A stretch of DNA of 64,000 bases from Gemmatimonadota bacterium (GCA_963666735.1 OY762926.1:864001-928000), one strand, 5' to 3'. Positions 21,965-33,574 are shown, counted from the first letter of the stretch. Notes: generated from the sequence alone by a model not told the origin. Numbers and translations are program-made.

Positions 21965-22794
21965 ATGTGATCCAGGAGGCTCGCGAGGGCGCCGCGCATC
22001 TCTGGACGCGGGACGATGCGGTCGATCATTCCGTGCTCCTCGAGAAACTCCGCGGTCTGGAATCCCTCCGGAAGGTCCTGCCGGATGGTTTCCTTGATCA
22101 CGCGCGGGCCCGCGAAGCCGATCAAGGCGCCGGGTTCCGCGAGAATCACATCCCCCAGCATCGCGTAGGATGCCGTCACGCCGCCCGTGGTCGGGTTCGT
22201 GAGGACGCTCACGTAGGGGATGCCCGCACTCGCGAGTTGCTCGAGCGCGGCTGCCGTCTTTCCCATCTGCATGAGGGAAAGGATCCCTTCCTGCATCCGC
22301 GCCCCGCCGGACGCGGAGATGATGATGAGCGGCACCCGGCGCTCCAGCGAGCGGTCGGCGAGACGGCGGATCTTCTCGCCCACCACCGAACCCATGGACC
22401 CGCCGATGAAGCGGAAATCCATGGTCCCGAGGTGAACTTCCCTGCCTCCGATCTCACCACGCCCGGTCCGGATGGCATCCTGATCGCCGCCGCGCTGCTC
22501 CGCCTGATCGATGCGTTCGGCATAACTCCGGGAATCGACGAACCCGAGCGGGTCGGTGGAGCGCAGGTGCCCATCGTGGAGTTCGGCGAGGCCGCCGCCG
22601 TCGAGCAGCATGGCCTCGTAGGACTCCGCGGTGATGCGAAAATGATGGCCGCAGTTGGGACAGACGTGGAGATTCTCCTCCAGCCGTCCGCTGTAGAGGA
22701 TCTCGCCGCACCCGGCGCACCGATCCCACACGTCGCCCGGGAGCTCGCGCTTCTGCGAGACCAGCTTGCGCTTTGGTTTGCTGAACCAGGACAC
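21958..22794 (-). CDS. accD: Acetyl-CoA carboxylase carboxyltransferase beta subunit
   Basis: Zinc finger CAGC...CPNC, GGSMGSVVGEK, SGGARMQEG, GFAGPRVI. Confidence 0.97.
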   Translation of the reverse strand: MSWFSKPKRKLVSQKRELPGDVWDRCAGCGEILYSGRLEENLHVCPNCGHHFRITAESYEAMLLDGGGLAELHDGHLRSTDPLGFVDSRSYAERIDQAEQRGGDQDAIRTGRGEIGGREVHLGTMDFRFIGGSMGSVVGEKIRRLADRSLERRVPLIIISASGGARMQEGILSLMQMGKTAAALEQLASAGIPYVSVLTNPTTGGVTASYAMLGDVILAEPGALIGFAGPRVIKETIRQDLPEGFQTAEFLEEHGMIDRIVPRPEMRGALASLLDHMC

Positions 22795-24009
22795 TCAGGC
22801 CTCCCAGGCCACGCGCTGTACGATTCCGAAGCCCGCGTAGAGCACGAGCAGGAAGCTCCCCCCGTAGCTGAGGAGCGGCAAGGGCAGTCCGGTCACGGGC
22901 ATCATGCCGACCGTCATCCCCAGGTTCACCACGATGTGCGTCAGGAGCACCGCGAAAAGGCAGAAGGCGATCAGGCTTCCGAACGGGTCATCCATCGAGG
23001 ATGCCACCCCAAGCACGCGCCAGAGGAGGAAGGCGAAGAGCACCAGGAACAGCATCACGCCTACGAATCCGAACTCCTCCCCCACGACGGAGAAGATGAA
23101 GTCCGTATGCTGCTCCGGGAGGAAGGCGAGCCGCTTCTGCGGGCCGTTGGCGAAGCCGGCGCCGATGAGTCCGCCGGAGCCGATGGCGACCTTCGACTGG
23201 ATGAGATGCCAGCCGGCGCCGAGCGGATCGATCTCCGGATCCAGGAAGACGAGAAGCCGGTTCCGCTGATAATCGGCGAGCGAATCCCATATGCGGAGCG
23301 TGAGCGCGCCCGTGAGGACGTTCGCGAGGAGCACGACCACCGACTCCAGGATGAAGGGGCGGTGCACATACAGCGCGGCGACGACGGCGAGGAACCCGAG
23401 GCCCCAGGCGATCCAGTTGAAGCCGAGCAGGAGACTCAGTCCGGGGGACGCGACCAGGAAGATCTTGAACAGCGGGACGCCGCTCCAGAACAGCGTGGCG
23501 ATCAGGAGCGCTCCGAAGATCATGGCGCTCCCGAGGTCCGGCTGCAGCAGCACGAGCGCGAACGGGACGAGCGCGATGACGGCGGGCTTCCAGAGCTCCA
23601 GCAGCCGCTCGTACGGTCCCGGCGTGCCTCCCATGACGCGCGCCAGCATGAGGATCGTCCCCAGCTTCGCGACTTCCGCCGGCTGCAGCCGTCCGGGGCC
23701 GAGTTCGAGCCAGCTCCCGTTCGGGCCCGTGCCGACGACGAACACGAGCACGAGGAGGAGCACGGAGATCCCGTAGGCCCAAGGCGCAAGCCATTCGAGG
23801 AAGCGCAAGGAGAAGCGGGAGGTCACGGCCAACGCGACGATCGCCACGGCGAACGAGTAGAGCTGCCGAACCCAGATTCCCGTGGCCAGCGACGGCACGT
23901 CGACCTGCCCGGCCGAATAGATCATCGCGATCCCGAGCCCGGTCATGAACAGAATCAGCGCGAGGAGCGTCGGATCTCCCACGCCCGGGATTCGCAGCCG
24001 GGCAATCAT
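22795..24009 (-). CDS. rodA: Rod shape-determining SEDS protein RodA
   Basis: LQPAEVAK, LQPDLGSA, QSKVAIGSGG, PEQHTDFIFS, SYGGS; follows mrdA. Confidence 0.95.
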   Translation of the reverse strand: MIARLRIPGVGDPTLLALILFMTGLGIAMIYSAGQVDVPSLATGIWVRQLYSFAVAIVALAVTSRFSLRFLEWLAPWAYGISVLLLVLVFVVGTGPNGSWLELGPGRLQPAEVAKLGTILMLARVMGGTPGPYERLLELWKPAVIALVPFALVLLQPDLGSAMIFGALLIATLFWSGVPLFKIFLVASPGLSLLLGFNWIAWGLGFLAVVAALYVHRPFILESVVVLLANVLTGALTLRIWDSLADYQRNRLLVFLDPEIDPLGAGWHLIQSKVAIGSGGLIGAGFANGPQKRLAFLPEQHTDFIFSVVGEEFGFVGVMLFLVLFAFLLWRVLGVASSMDDPFGSLIAFCLFAVLLTHIVVNLGMTVGMMPVTGLPLPLLSYGGSFLLVLYAGFGIVQRVAWEA

Positions 24010-25844
24010 CCGCCCGCCTGCGCCGGAGGCGCTTCCGCCGGACGGACGCCGGGCGTTTCCTCGGGCGGCAGGCCGAGCGTCTCGAGGTGACGGTCCACGA
24101 TCCCGGCGGCGAGAGGCACGGCCAGCGACGGGGCCCCGTCCGGGTGCCCGTGCTCCACAATCGCCGCGATCACGATGCGCGGATCGTAGGCGGGCGCGAA
24201 CCCCACGAACCAGGAATGGGGCGGGCCGTGCGAGTTCTGGGCCGTTCCGGTTTTCCCGGCCAGAGTCCAGCGGGCCAGGCGGCTGCCGTACGCGGTGCCG
24301 CCGGGCTCATTCACGACCCGCGCCATGGCGTCGACGAGTTGGCCCCGCTGGACCTCGGGAAGATCGAGCGTCCAATCCGCGCGCTGCTGCGCGAGCATCT
24401 CATCCCGCACGAGGTGGGGTTTGACGGGGGTCCGCCCCGTCGCCAGCGCCGCGTAAAACTGAGCCATCGCCAGTGGCGACTGCGCGTTTTCGCCCTGTCC
24501 GATCGAGAGGTTCCACACGACGGCCTCGGTCCACCCCCCGGGCCCCAGCTGGGTGTCGTACCACTGTCTGGAATCCGGGAAGTCACCCGGCCTCTCGGAC
24601 GGGAGGTCGATCCCCGTCCTGCGCCCGAAGCCGAACTCCCCGACTCCCCCGAGGAGCGGGTCGAGCCCGATGCGCTGCCCCGCCTGATAGAACCAGACAT
24701 TGCACGAATGCTTGATCGCTTCGGAGAGATTCAGGCGCCCGTGCCCGCCCGACAGCCAACAGCGGAAGAAGCGGGTGGAGTACCGGAGCCCGCCCCGGCA
24801 TGCATCCGTGTGATACGTGTCGATCGTGAAGTCGCCCGTCTTCATTCCGATGGCGGACATGATGAGCTTCCAGGTGGATCCCGGCGGATAGGAAGCCATG
24901 GAGACCCGGTTCAGCAGAGGGTTGTCCGGGTGTTCGCGAAGCGAGTTCCACAGGTCGAGGGGGATGCCGCCGATGAACGCGTTGGGGTCGAAGGTCGGGT
25001 GGCTGTAGAGCAGGAGCACTTCTCCGGTGGCAGGGTCCAGCGCCACGACGCCGCCCCGCATTCCTTCGGGAAACACCGAATCCGCGTACACCTGCAGGTC
25101 GAGATCGATGCCGAGATGCAGATCATCTCCGGGCACCGGAGGCTGCGCCTGCGCGACCCCCAGATCCCGCACGATCGTACCCAGAGCGCTCACTTCCACG
25201 TAACGGATCCCGTTGCGCCCGGCCAGCCTGTGCTCGTACTGCTGCTCCAGCGCCCGCTTCCCGACCGACTGGCCGGACTCGTAGCCGGCATACTCGGGTC
25301 GCGTCAGTTCCTCCTGGCTTATCTCCCCCACGTATCCGATCATGTGCGCGACCGCGGGCCCCGCCGGATAGCGCCGGTGCGGCCTCTGATCCACGACGAT
25401 GCGCCGAAACCGGGGTCGGCGTTCCTCGATAAACGCGACCTGCTCGAAATTCGCGTTCTCACGCACGACCAGAGCCTCGCCGGGACGCGCTCGATTGCGC
25501 GACAACAACGCGGCGCGCCGCTCGGGCGTAAGTTCCAGCCGCTCCGCGAGGCGATCGAGTCCGGCCGAGATGGAGTCGCCGGGACCCGGCAGCATCGACA
25601 CATCGTAGCCGGGTATGTTGTCCGCGATAGCCCGCCCATAGCGGTCGTAGATGGTCCCGCGCGGCGCCGGAACCGTGATGGTGCGCAGCCGGTTCTCGCT
25701 CGAACGGAGCGTGTAAAACTCGGCGCTGAAGATCTGGAGACTGACGAACCCGGCGGCGACGACCGACAGGCAGAAGAAGATCGCGCCCGCCGCCCAGCGG
25801 CCTCGCTGCCTTCGGATCGAGCGGTGTCCGTTGTCGCCCTTCAC
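24006..25844 (-). CDS. mrdA: Penicillin-binding protein 2
   Basis: APRGTIYDR, PGSTWK (SxxK), SCN (SxN), KTGTAQ. Confidence 0.95.
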   Translation of the reverse strand: MKGDNGHRSIRRQRGRWAAGAIFFCLSVVAAGFVSLQIFSAEFYTLRSSENRLRTITVPAPRGTIYDRYGRAIADNIPGYDVSMLPGPGDSISAGLDRLAERLELTPERRAALLSRNRARPGEALVVRENANFEQVAFIEERRPRFRRIVVDQRPHRRYPAGPAVAHMIGYVGEISQEELTRPEYAGYESGQSVGKRALEQQYEHRLAGRNGIRYVEVSALGTIVRDLGVAQAQPPVPGDDLHLGIDLDLQVYADSVFPEGMRGGVVALDPATGEVLLLYSHPTFDPNAFIGGIPLDLWNSLREHPDNPLLNRVSMASYPPGSTWKLIMSAIGMKTGDFTIDTYHTDACRGGLRYSTRFFRCWLSGGHGRLNLSEAIKHSCNVWFYQAGQRIGLDPLLGGVGEFGFGRRTGIDLPSERPGDFPDSRQWYDTQLGPGGWTEAVVWNLSIGQGENAQSPLAMAQFYAALATGRTPVKPHLVRDEMLAQQRADWTLDLPEVQRGQLVDAMARVVNEPGGTAYGSRLARWTLAGKTGTAQNSHGPPHSWFVGFAPAYDPRIVIAAIVEHGHPDGAPSLAVPLAAGIVDRHLETLGLPPEETPGVRPAEAPPAQAGG

Positions 25845-25854
25845 ATCCTCCCCC

Positions 25855-26316
25855 TCACCTGGTGACCGCCGAAACCAGCCGTGTCGCGACCCAGCACAGC
25901 GCGGTCGTCAGCGCGGCCGATCCGACCCCATAGGCGAACAGGACGCCCGCCGACGCATCCGCGCCGACGAAGATCGCAAGCGCAGACCGCAGGAACGCCG
26001 TCCCGAAAAAGACGAAAGCCGGTGTGACCGTGTCCGAATCCGAATAGATCAACCGCCGCACCCAGCCGACGAGCGCCCCCGTCAGCGAGAAGAGTAACAT
26101 CGTGAAGCCCATCGGTCCCAGCGCAATCGACGCCTCCATGAGGCCGAGCACGCACCCGAAGCCCGCGGCCCGTCCCCATCGGAGTTGCAACGAACCCAGA
26201 ATCAATCCGCCGGCGAGGAGGTCGGGCGGAACCGGCCATCGGCTCCAGAGGGGGTGCAGGGCGAAGTGCAGGACCAGCAGCAGGGCGGCGACAAACCACT
26301 TCCCGGCCGGACTCAT
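25855..26316 (-). CDS. mreD: Rod shape-determining protein MreD
   Basis: Hydrophobic 153-aa protein with PDLL motif, located between mreC and mrdA. Confidence 0.8.
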   Translation of the reverse strand: MSPAGKWFVAALLLVLHFALHPLWSRWPVPPDLLAGGLILGSLQLRWGRAAGFGCVLGLMEASIALGPMGFTMLLFSLTGALVGWVRRLIYSDSDTVTPAFVFFGTAFLRSALAIFVGADASAGVLFAYGVGSAALTTALCWVATRLVSAVTR

Positions 26317-27218
26317 CGACGGGCCGGCGCCGTGTCGGTCGGCGCAGGCTCGGGTTCCGCCGGCGCAGACGCCGTGTCCGCCTCGATATCCGTCTCAATG
26401 TCCGCCGGCAACGCCGGCCGATGCCACACGAACACGTCCCTGACCTTTTCGGGACGCACGGAGGGCTCGACGATATAGCGCTTCATCCAGCCCGCCTCCG
26501 GCTCGCCGGCTTCGCGGATGTGCCCCACCGGAACGCCCGGCGGATAGACGCCGGCAATCCCCGTCGTGACCAGCAGCGTCCCCGCGGGGATGTCCGCCTG
26601 GAAGGGCGCGCCCTCGAGGAGGAGCACCGGTTGCCCTCCTTCCGCGCGCCACGGCCGCACGAGCCCCGATACGCCCCCCTCATCCGCCAGCACGCTGACC
26701 CGGAAGTCGGGATGGCTCCAGAATTCGCCCCGCCCCCCTCGTCCGTGAGGGGCTCTGACGACACCGACGAGCCCGATGCCGGTGAAGACGCCCACGGGGA
26801 ACTCACGGCCGCGAAAATCCGGTCCCGACAACACGAACAGGTCCGGGTTGCCGACATGGGGGCGTCCCGGGTAGACGACCGCCGGCGCGACGGAGCCCGC
26901 GGGGAGCGCCGGGAGAGGCTGTGTCGAAGACTCGTCCCGGATCGGCGCCGTGCGGTCCCGGTAGCGCAGCAGGAGTTCCGTGAGCGAGTCCCGCTCCGTC
27001 AGCAGGCCTGCGACGCGACACTCGATCTGTCCCCGCTCGGCACCGAAGCGATGGAGCAGCAGGAACGGATAGAGCGCGGTGGCGCGGACCGCGGACTCCA
27101 CCTGGCTTTGATGTGCGCTGGACAGACCCGCGGCGATACCGCTGAAGATGATGGCGAGGGAGAAGACGACGACATCGAGAAGCCTGCGACCCTGCGGCCG
27201 GACGCCCTGATAACTCAC
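26313..27218 (-). CDS. mreC: Rod shape-determining protein MreC
   Basis: N-terminal TM, GLVGVV, LVTTGIAGVYPPGVPVG; follows mreB. Confidence 0.88.
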   Translation of the reverse strand: MSYQGVRPQGRRLLDVVVFSLAIIFSGIAAGLSSAHQSQVESAVRATALYPFLLLHRFGAERGQIECRVAGLLTERDSLTELLLRYRDRTAPIRDESSTQPLPALPAGSVAPAVVYPGRPHVGNPDLFVLSGPDFRGREFPVGVFTGIGLVGVVRAPHGRGGRGEFWSHPDFRVSVLADEGGVSGLVRPWRAEGGQPVLLLEGAPFQADIPAGTLLVTTGIAGVYPPGVPVGHIREAGEPEAGWMKRYIVEPSVRPEKVRDVFVWHRPALPADIETDIEADTASAPAEPEPAPTDTAPARR

Positions 27219-27245
27219 CGGCGGCGATTCAGAAGGGGCTCGGCG

Positions 27246-28280
27246 TCAACTCGTGAGAACTCCACGATACCGCCCGAACTCATCGAGGATCTTCCCGCAC
27301 CCACGCACGACGCAGGTAAGCGGCTCCGCATCGACGTGGATCGGGAGCCCCGTCTCCTCGCCCAGCAGCGTATCCAGCCCCCGCACGAGGGCGCCGCCCC
27401 CCGTCATGACGACACCCCGATCCACGATATCGGAGGCAAGTTCCGGCGGCGTGATCTCGAGCGCCCGCCGTACCGCGGCCACGATCTGCTGGATCGGCTC
27501 CTGGAGACACTCGCGGACCTCGGCCGAATGCACCCGCACGGTCTTCGGAATGCCGGAGACGAGATCCCGCCCCTTGACCAGCATCTCCTTGTCGTCGTCC
27601 GTCGGATAGGCCGATCCGATCTGGATCTTGACGGCTTCCGCCGTCGGCTCGCCGATGAGAAGGTTGTAGTTCTTGCGGAGGAAGGAGACGATCGTCGAGT
27701 CGAGTTCGTCGCCGCCGACCCGGATCGACGTATCCGCGACCGATCCCGAAAGCGCGATGACGGCGATCTCGCTCGTTCCGCCCCCGACGTCGATGATCAT
27801 GTTGCCGGTCGGCGTCTCCACCGGCAGTCCGACGCCGACCGCCGCCGCCATCGGTTCCGCCACCATGTAGACTTCCTTGGCGCCGGCGGCATGCGCGCTG
27901 GACCGGACCGCCCGGCGTTCGAGTTCCGTGATTCCGGACGGCACGCCGACCACGACGAGCGGCCGGATCTTGAAGAACCGCGTGGTCATCACTTCCTTGA
28001 GGAAGTAGCGGATCATCATCTCCGTGATGTCCACGTCGGCGATGACCCCATCCTTCAACGGGCGAACCGCTTCGATTCCGCTCGGCGTGCGGCCGAGCAT
28101 ACGCTTGGCCGCGAGGCCGATCCCCTCGATGCGTCCCGTTTCCTTGCGCACCGCGACGACCGACGGTTCGTTGAGGACGATGCCCTCGCCTTCAACGTGT
28201 ACGAGGGTGTTCGCGGTCCCCAGATCCACTCCGATCTTGCTGATCGGCAGGAAGTTGCCCCGTAGCGACCACTTTCCCAT
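27246..28280 (-). CDS. mreB: Actin-like MreB
   Basis: GVDLGTANT, NEPSVVA, PLKDGVIAD, EPMAAA, DVGGGT, TGGGAL. Confidence 0.98.
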   Translation of the reverse strand: MGKWSLRGNFLPISKIGVDLGTANTLVHVEGEGIVLNEPSVVAVRKETGRIEGIGLAAKRMLGRTPSGIEAVRPLKDGVIADVDITEMMIRYFLKEVMTTRFFKIRPLVVVGVPSGITELERRAVRSSAHAAGAKEVYMVAEPMAAAVGVGLPVETPTGNMIIDVGGGTSEIAVIALSGSVADTSIRVGGDELDSTIVSFLRKNYNLLIGEPTAEAVKIQIGSAYPTDDDKEMLVKGRDLVSGIPKTVRVHSAEVRECLQEPIQQIVAAVRRALEITPPELASDIVDRGVVMTGGGALVRGLDTLLGEETGLPIHVDAEPLTCVVRGCGKILDEFGRYRGVLTS

Positions 28281-28464
28281 CTAGCGGGCCGCCCTTTCGG
28301 GCCGGCGCGAGAACGGTGGGCTGAAGGACACGGGTGGGACACCTCCAAGGCGGCGAATCGTACCGGAGACAGCCAGTCCGGATGAGGGACGCCGAAATGT
28401 AAACGTACTCTCGGACGTGGGAAAGTCGCCCCTCAACTCCCCGCTCGCCCCCGGTTTCCCGGGC

Positions 28465-29580
28465 TCACGCGGAGAGCGCCCGCAGGGGCGTGTATTCGAG
28501 ATCGAACGCCTGCGCCACGGCCTCGTACGTGACCCGCCCTCCCGCGATGTTGACGCCCAGTGCGAGGTCCGGATTCTCGTCGCACGCGACGGCCCAGCCT
28601 CGATTCGCCAGGTTCAGGATGTAGGGGAACGTCGCGTTCGTCAGGGCCAGGGTGGAGGTTCTCGGGACTGCCCCCGGCATGTTCGCCACGCAGTAATGGA
28701 TCACGCCGTGGACGGTGTAGGTGGGATCGTTGTGCGTGGTCGGGCGCGCGGACTCGACGCAGCCGCCCTGATCCACGGCCACATCGACGATCACGGAACC
28801 GCCCTTCATCCGCCGCAGGTCGTCGTGCCGCACGAGTTTCGGCGCCTTCCCGCCAGGTACGAGCACAGCACCGATCACGACGTCCGCGCGTGCGATCTGG
28901 TCCAGGATCGAGTGGCGGTTCGAGTAGAGCGTATCCACGTTGGCCGGCATGACCTCCGCCAGGTACCGAAGGCGCGGCAGATTGACGTCGAGAACCGTCA
29001 CGTGGGCGCCGAAGCCCGCCGCGATCGTCGCCGCGTTCGCGCCCACGACCCCTCCCCCGAGGATGACGACTTCGGCTGGAAGAACCCCGGGCACGCCGCC
29101 GAGAAGGATCCCGTACCCGCCGGTGATTCGCTCCAGGTTCCTGGCTGCCTGCTGGATCGCCATCCGCCCCGCGACTTCGGACATCGGCGTCAGGAGCGGG
29201 AGTTCGCCGGTCGGAAGCTGGACCGTCTCATAGGCGATCGCGACGCAGCCGCTCTCGAGCGTCCGGCGCGTCAGGCGTTCGTCGGCCGCGAAGTGGAAGT
29301 ATGTGAAGACGACCTGGTCGACCCGCAGCCGATCGTATTCGGCTTCGATGGGTTCCTTGACCTTCACGACGAGTTCGGCCCGATCCCATACCTCGTCCGC
29401 CGTCTCCAGCACCTGCGCGCCCGCAGCCACGTACATCTCGTCCGGAAAGCCGCTGCGCAGCCCCGCGTCGCGTTCGACGCACACCTCGTGTCCCGCCGCG
29501 ACGAGCGCGGTCGCGCCGGCCGGCACGAGGGCCACGCGGTTTTCGTCGGGCTTTATCTCCTTCGGTACGCCAACGATCAT
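28465..29580 (-). CDS. ald: Alanine dehydrogenase
   Basis: MIVGVPKEIKPDENRVAL, VKVKEP, PMSEVAGR, VDQGGC, HYCVANMPGAVPRTST. Confidence 0.96.
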   Translation of the reverse strand: MIVGVPKEIKPDENRVALVPAGATALVAAGHEVCVERDAGLRSGFPDEMYVAAGAQVLETADEVWDRAELVVKVKEPIEAEYDRLRVDQVVFTYFHFAADERLTRRTLESGCVAIAYETVQLPTGELPLLTPMSEVAGRMAIQQAARNLERITGGYGILLGGVPGVLPAEVVILGGGVVGANAATIAAGFGAHVTVLDVNLPRLRYLAEVMPANVDTLYSNRHSILDQIARADVVIGAVLVPGGKAPKLVRHDDLRRMKGGSVIVDVAVDQGGCVESARPTTHNDPTYTVHGVIHYCVANMPGAVPRTSTLALTNATFPYILNLANRGWAVACDENPDLALGVNIAGGRVTYEAVAQAFDLEYTPLRALSA

Positions 29581-29603
29581 CTTCGTTCCCTTCCAGGGGA
29601 TGC

Positions 29604-30854
29604 TCAGGTCGCGTCTGTTGCGGATCGTCCCCGGGCGGGGCCGGGCGCCAACTCGAGCGTCGCGAGCCGTTCGGGTGAGAAGTATGCGGCGGCCTCGCGA
29701 CATTGTGCGCGGTCGACCGCGTCGATTCTCCCCGCCACCTCGTCCAGGGTGCGGTACTCGTGGCCGTACAGGGCGACGCCCGCAAGCCGGTTCATTCGGC
29801 TGGCGGGCGATTCGAGCGAGATCAGGAACTGGCCCTTCAACTGGCTGCGAGTGTCGTCCAGTTCCTGCCGCGTCAATCCGTCCCGTGCCAGGAGGGCCAG
29901 TTCCTCCTGCAGCGCCTCGCGCGCATCCCCCGCGGTTTCGGGCCGGGTTCCGACGTAAGCGCCGACGTGACCGGCCTGCGCATAGAACCCGTGGAAGCTG
30001 TACACGGCGTAGGCGAGACCCCGCGTTTCGCGGATCCTCTGGAAGAGCCGTGAACTCATTCCGCCCCCGAGGGCGGTCGCGGTGACATGGACGGCGTAGC
30101 GAAGGGGGTCGCGGTACGGAACGGAGAGCCCCCCCGTCACGATGTGCGTCTGCCGGCCGCCCTCGCGCCGCATGCGCCGGAAGCCCGATTCGCCGGCCGG
30201 CGGCGGAGGGTCGGCAGCTGCGGGGGCGGGAGCCCGGTCCGGAAGCCAGCGCGCCAGACCGTCCACGAGGTCCCCGTGCTCCACCGCTCCGGCCGCCGCC
30301 ACGACGACGTTCCCCGGCCGGTACGCGCGTTCGTGCAGTGCCGCCAGCGCGGACACGGAAAGCCCTCTCACCGACTCGCGGGTGCCGAGGATCGGTTCGC
30401 CATACGGGTGCCCGCCGTAGAGCGCGCGCGCATGCTCCTCGAAGACGATGTCCTCCGGCACGTCCGCCGCGGAGGCGATCTCCTCCAGCACGACCTCGCG
30501 TTCCACGTCCAGGTCGTCTCCGGAGAGCCGCGGAAAAAAGGCGAGGTCGCACAGCACATCGAGCGCGATACCGAGAGCCGCCGCCGGCACGCGCGCCTGA
30601 AATGCGGTGAACTCGTGGGTCGTATACGCGTCCAGCGCCCCACCGAGCCGTTCCAGCTCCCAGGCGAGATCGCGCGCGGAGCGCCGGCGCGTCCCCTTGA
30701 AGACCATGTGCTCCAGCAGATGGGACGCGCCGCCGTGTTCGGCATCCTCGTGGACACGGCCCTGCCGCACCCAGAGGCCGATGGCGACGGAACGCACGGA
30801 ATCCATGCGCTCGCTGAGCACGGTGGGGCCATCCGGGAGACAGGTCCGGTACAC
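29604..30854 (-). CDS. M16-family (pitrilysin-like) zinc peptidase
   Basis: [11 protein letters not shown] (HxxEH), [19 protein letters not shown]; usual position after pnp. Confidence 0.92.
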   Translation of the reverse strand: MYRTCLPDGPTVLSERMDSVRSVAIGLWVRQGRVHEDAEHGGASHLLEHMVFKGTRRRSARDLAWELERLGGALDAYTTHEFTAFQARVPAAALGIALDVLCDLAFFPRLSGDDLDVEREVVLEEIASAADVPEDIVFEEHARALYGGHPYGEPILGTRESVRGLSVSALAALHERAYRPGNVVVAAAGAVEHGDLVDGLARWLPDRAPAPAAADPPPPAGESGFRRMRREGGRQTHIVTGGLSVPYRDPLRYAVHVTATALGGGMSSRLFQRIRETRGLAYAVYSFHGFYAQAGHVGAYVGTRPETAGDAREALQEELALLARDGLTRQELDDTRSQLKGQFLISLESPASRMNRLAGVALYGHEYRTLDEVAGRIDAVDRAQCREAAAYFSPERLATLELAPGPARGRSATDAT

Positions 30855-30940
30855 CTCCCGGTCGAGCCGGCCTCCCGTTCCGGCAAGCGGCCGCAGGTCC
30901 CGAGCCGGCCCGCGCGCAGGCGGGCCGGGATGCGACGTGA

Positions 30941-33037
30941 TCAGGCGTTCTCGACGGGCGTGAGGGCGGCGCGCCGCGACAGCTTGAGACGCCCGCGGTC
31001 ATCCACGGCGAGGAGTTTCACCTTCACCTCGTCGCCGGGGCTCACCACGTCCTCCGTCTTCGAGGTGCGCCCTTCCTCGAGTTCCGAAATGTGGCACAGG
31101 CCCTCGACCCCGGGGATGATCTCGACGAAGGCGCCGAAGTCCGTCGTGTTCTTTACGACACCGCGGTAGATCCGCCCGACCTCCGGCTCCTGTACGATGC
31201 CTTCCACCATCTCGCGCGCATGCTGCGCGCCTTCGCCCGAGGGCGCCGCGATGGTAACGGTGCCCGAGTCGTCGATGTTGACCTCGGTGCCCGTCTCCTC
31301 CTGGATCATCCGGATCGTCTTCCCCTTCGGCCCGATGACCTCGCCGATCTTCTGGGGGTTGATCTGCAGCGTGACGATCCGCGGCGCGTGCGGCGACATC
31401 TCCTCTCGGGCCGCCTCGAGCTTCTCGTTCATCGCCGCGAGGATCCGCAGCCGGGCGTCGCGCGCCCGGGCCAGAGCCTCCCGCAGCGTGTCTACGGAGA
31501 GCCCGTCGGCCTTGATGTCCATCTGGACCGCCGTGATCCCGCGCTCGGTGCCGGCGATCTTGAAGTCCATGTCGCCGAGGGCGTCCTCCACGCCGAGGAT
31601 GTCGGTCAGGACCTCGACCTTGTCGCCCTCCTTGACGAGGCCCATCGCGATCCCCGCGCACGGAGCGCGCATGGGAACGCCGGCATCCATGAGGGAGAGC
31701 GATCCGCCGCAGACGGAAGCCATCGAACTCGACCCGTTCGACTCCAGGATATCGGAGACGACCCTGATCGTGTACGGAAAATCCTCGTACGCCGGGAGCA
31801 GGGCCTGGAGCGCGCGCTCGGCGAGCATGCCGTGGCCCGTTTCACGGCGGCTGGTGCCCCGGAACATCCGCACTTCGCCCGTGGCAAAGCCGGGGAAATT
31901 GTAGTGGAGCATGAAGGACTTCGAGGTTTCCTCGCGTACATCGACGGAATCGATCCGCTGCTCGTCCCGCACCGTTCCGAGCGTCGTCACCGCGAGCGCC
32001 TGCGTCTGGCCTCGCGTGAAGAGCGCCGAACCGTGCGTTCGCGGCAGGAGCCCGACGTCGCAGGTGATGTCGCGGACGTCGTTCATGCCGCGGCCATCGA
32101 TCCGCTCGCCGTCTTCGAGAATGCGGCGGCGCATGATCCCCTTCTCCAGTTTGCGCAGGGCTGCGCCGACATCGCCGGAGCAGTCCGGGTGGTCCGCCTC
32201 GAGCCGCTCCGTAAGAGCTTTGCGCAGAGCCGACAGGACGCGCCCGCGCTCCTCCTTGTCGGCAATCCTCAGCGCATCTCCGACCTGTCCGGCCGCCTGG
32301 TCCGAGACCTTGCTCACGACTTCCGGATCGGGTCCGACGGGCTCGTACTCGAACGTGTCCGGGCTTCCGGCCATCCGGACCAGCTCGCGCTGGAGCCCGA
32401 TCAACTCGACGATCGCCTTCTGTCCCACCTGCATCGCCTCGAGGAACTCGTCCTCGGTGGCCTCGAGGCAGGCGCCCTCGACCATCACGATCGAGTCCTC
32501 GGATCCGGCGACCACGATCTCCAGGTCGCACATCTCGAGGTCATCGAAGGTCGGGTTGACGAGCCATTCGCCGTCGCGGCGCGCGACGCGGACGCCGGCA
32601 ATGGGCCCGCCCCACGGGATCGGGGACAGGAGGAGCGCGGTCGAGGCGCCCAGCATGCCGATGACGTCCGCGTCGTTATCCTGGTCCGCGGAGATGATGA
32701 AGCAGACGACCTGCGTGTCGTTGCGGTAGTCCTCGGGGAACAGCGGCCTCAGCGGCCGGTCGATCTGCCGTGCCGAGATCGTCTCCTTATCGCCGGGTCG
32801 GGTTTCGCGCTTGATGAACCCGCCGGGGAACTTGCCGGCGGCGTAGGTCTTCTCGCGGTACTCGACCGTGAGAGGGAAGAAGGGGAGGTGCGTGGGCTTG
32901 CGGTCCGCCGTGGCGGTGACCAGCACCGCGGTCTCCCCGTACTGCACATAGACGGCGCCATCGGCCTGCCGGGCCATTCTGCCCGTCTCCAGGATCAGCG
33001 GACGTCCGTGGAATTCAGTTTCGATTCGGTGTGTCAT
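30941..33037 (-). CDS. pnp: Polyribonucleotide nucleotidyltransferase
   Basis: [46 protein letters not shown] and S1 domains. Confidence 0.98.
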   Translation of the reverse strand: MTHRIETEFHGRPLILETGRMARQADGAVYVQYGETAVLVTATADRKPTHLPFFPLTVEYREKTYAAGKFPGGFIKRETRPGDKETISARQIDRPLRPLFPEDYRNDTQVVCFIISADQDNDADVIGMLGASTALLLSPIPWGGPIAGVRVARRDGEWLVNPTFDDLEMCDLEIVVAGSEDSIVMVEGACLEATEDEFLEAMQVGQKAIVELIGLQRELVRMAGSPDTFEYEPVGPDPEVVSKVSDQAAGQVGDALRIADKEERGRVLSALRKALTERLEADHPDCSGDVGAALRKLEKGIMRRRILEDGERIDGRGMNDVRDITCDVGLLPRTHGSALFTRGQTQALAVTTLGTVRDEQRIDSVDVREETSKSFMLHYNFPGFATGEVRMFRGTSRRETGHGMLAERALQALLPAYEDFPYTIRVVSDILESNGSSSMASVCGGSLSLMDAGVPMRAPCAGIAMGLVKEGDKVEVLTDILGVEDALGDMDFKIAGTERGITAVQMDIKADGLSVDTLREALARARDARLRILAAMNEKLEAAREEMSPHAPRIVTLQINPQKIGEVIGPKGKTIRMIQEETGTEVNIDDSGTVTIAAPSGEGAQHAREMVEGIVQEPEVGRIYRGVVKNTTDFGAFVEIIPGVEGLCHISELEEGRTSKTEDVVSPGDEVKVKLLAVDDRGRLKLSRRAALTPVENA

Positions 33038-33253
33038 TCTTTTTTTCTCTTCTTCTTTCGAGTGTGGCGCCGCGGGATTCCGCGCGCCGCGCCGGCCCTT
33101 CACCAGGCCGGACGCTCATGGTGTGCCTTCTCGGTCTTGCATCGGCTTCTTCGATTCAGGGCCCCGGCTGGCGGGATCCGGGACGGTACAAGGGAAGGAA
33201 AGCGGGAGGCCCGGCGATGCGGGCCAGCGGAGGCTGGGCAGCGGGGCGGCGCC

Positions 33254-33517
33254 TCAATGGCGTAGCCCGAGCTCCTCAATGACCGCTCGGTAGCGGTCGA
33301 GATCCGTCCGGCGAAGGTAGTTCAACAGTCGACGGCGACGGCCGACCATCTTCAGCAGTCCGCGTCGGCTGTGATGATCCTTCGGATGATCCCGGAAGTG
33401 CCCGGTCAACTCTTCGATGCGGGCCGTGAGCAGTGCGATCTGCACCGGAGCCGACCCCTGGTCGTTCTCGCGCCGCGAGAACTTTTCTATGATTCCCTGC
33501 TTTGTCGTCTTTTCCAC
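33254..33517 (-). CDS. rpsO: 30S ribosomal protein S15
   Basis: [35 protein letters not shown]. Confidence 0.98.
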   Translation of the reverse strand: MEKTTKQGIIEKFSRRENDQGSAPVQIALLTARIEELTGHFRDHPKDHHSRRGLLKMVGRRRRLLNYLRRTDLDRYRAVIEELGLRH

Positions 33518-33538
33518 GTCTCTCTGGTATCCCTGGAT

Positions 33539-33574
33539 CCGGCGGGGAGAACGGCACGAATCCGCCGGGCCGTT
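33539..33574 (-). promoter_or_regulatory. Structured rpsO 5' leader (candidate S15 autoregulatory element)
   Basis: Interleaved complementary pairs AACGGC/GCCGUU and CCGGCGG/CCGCCGG. Confidence 0.45.
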
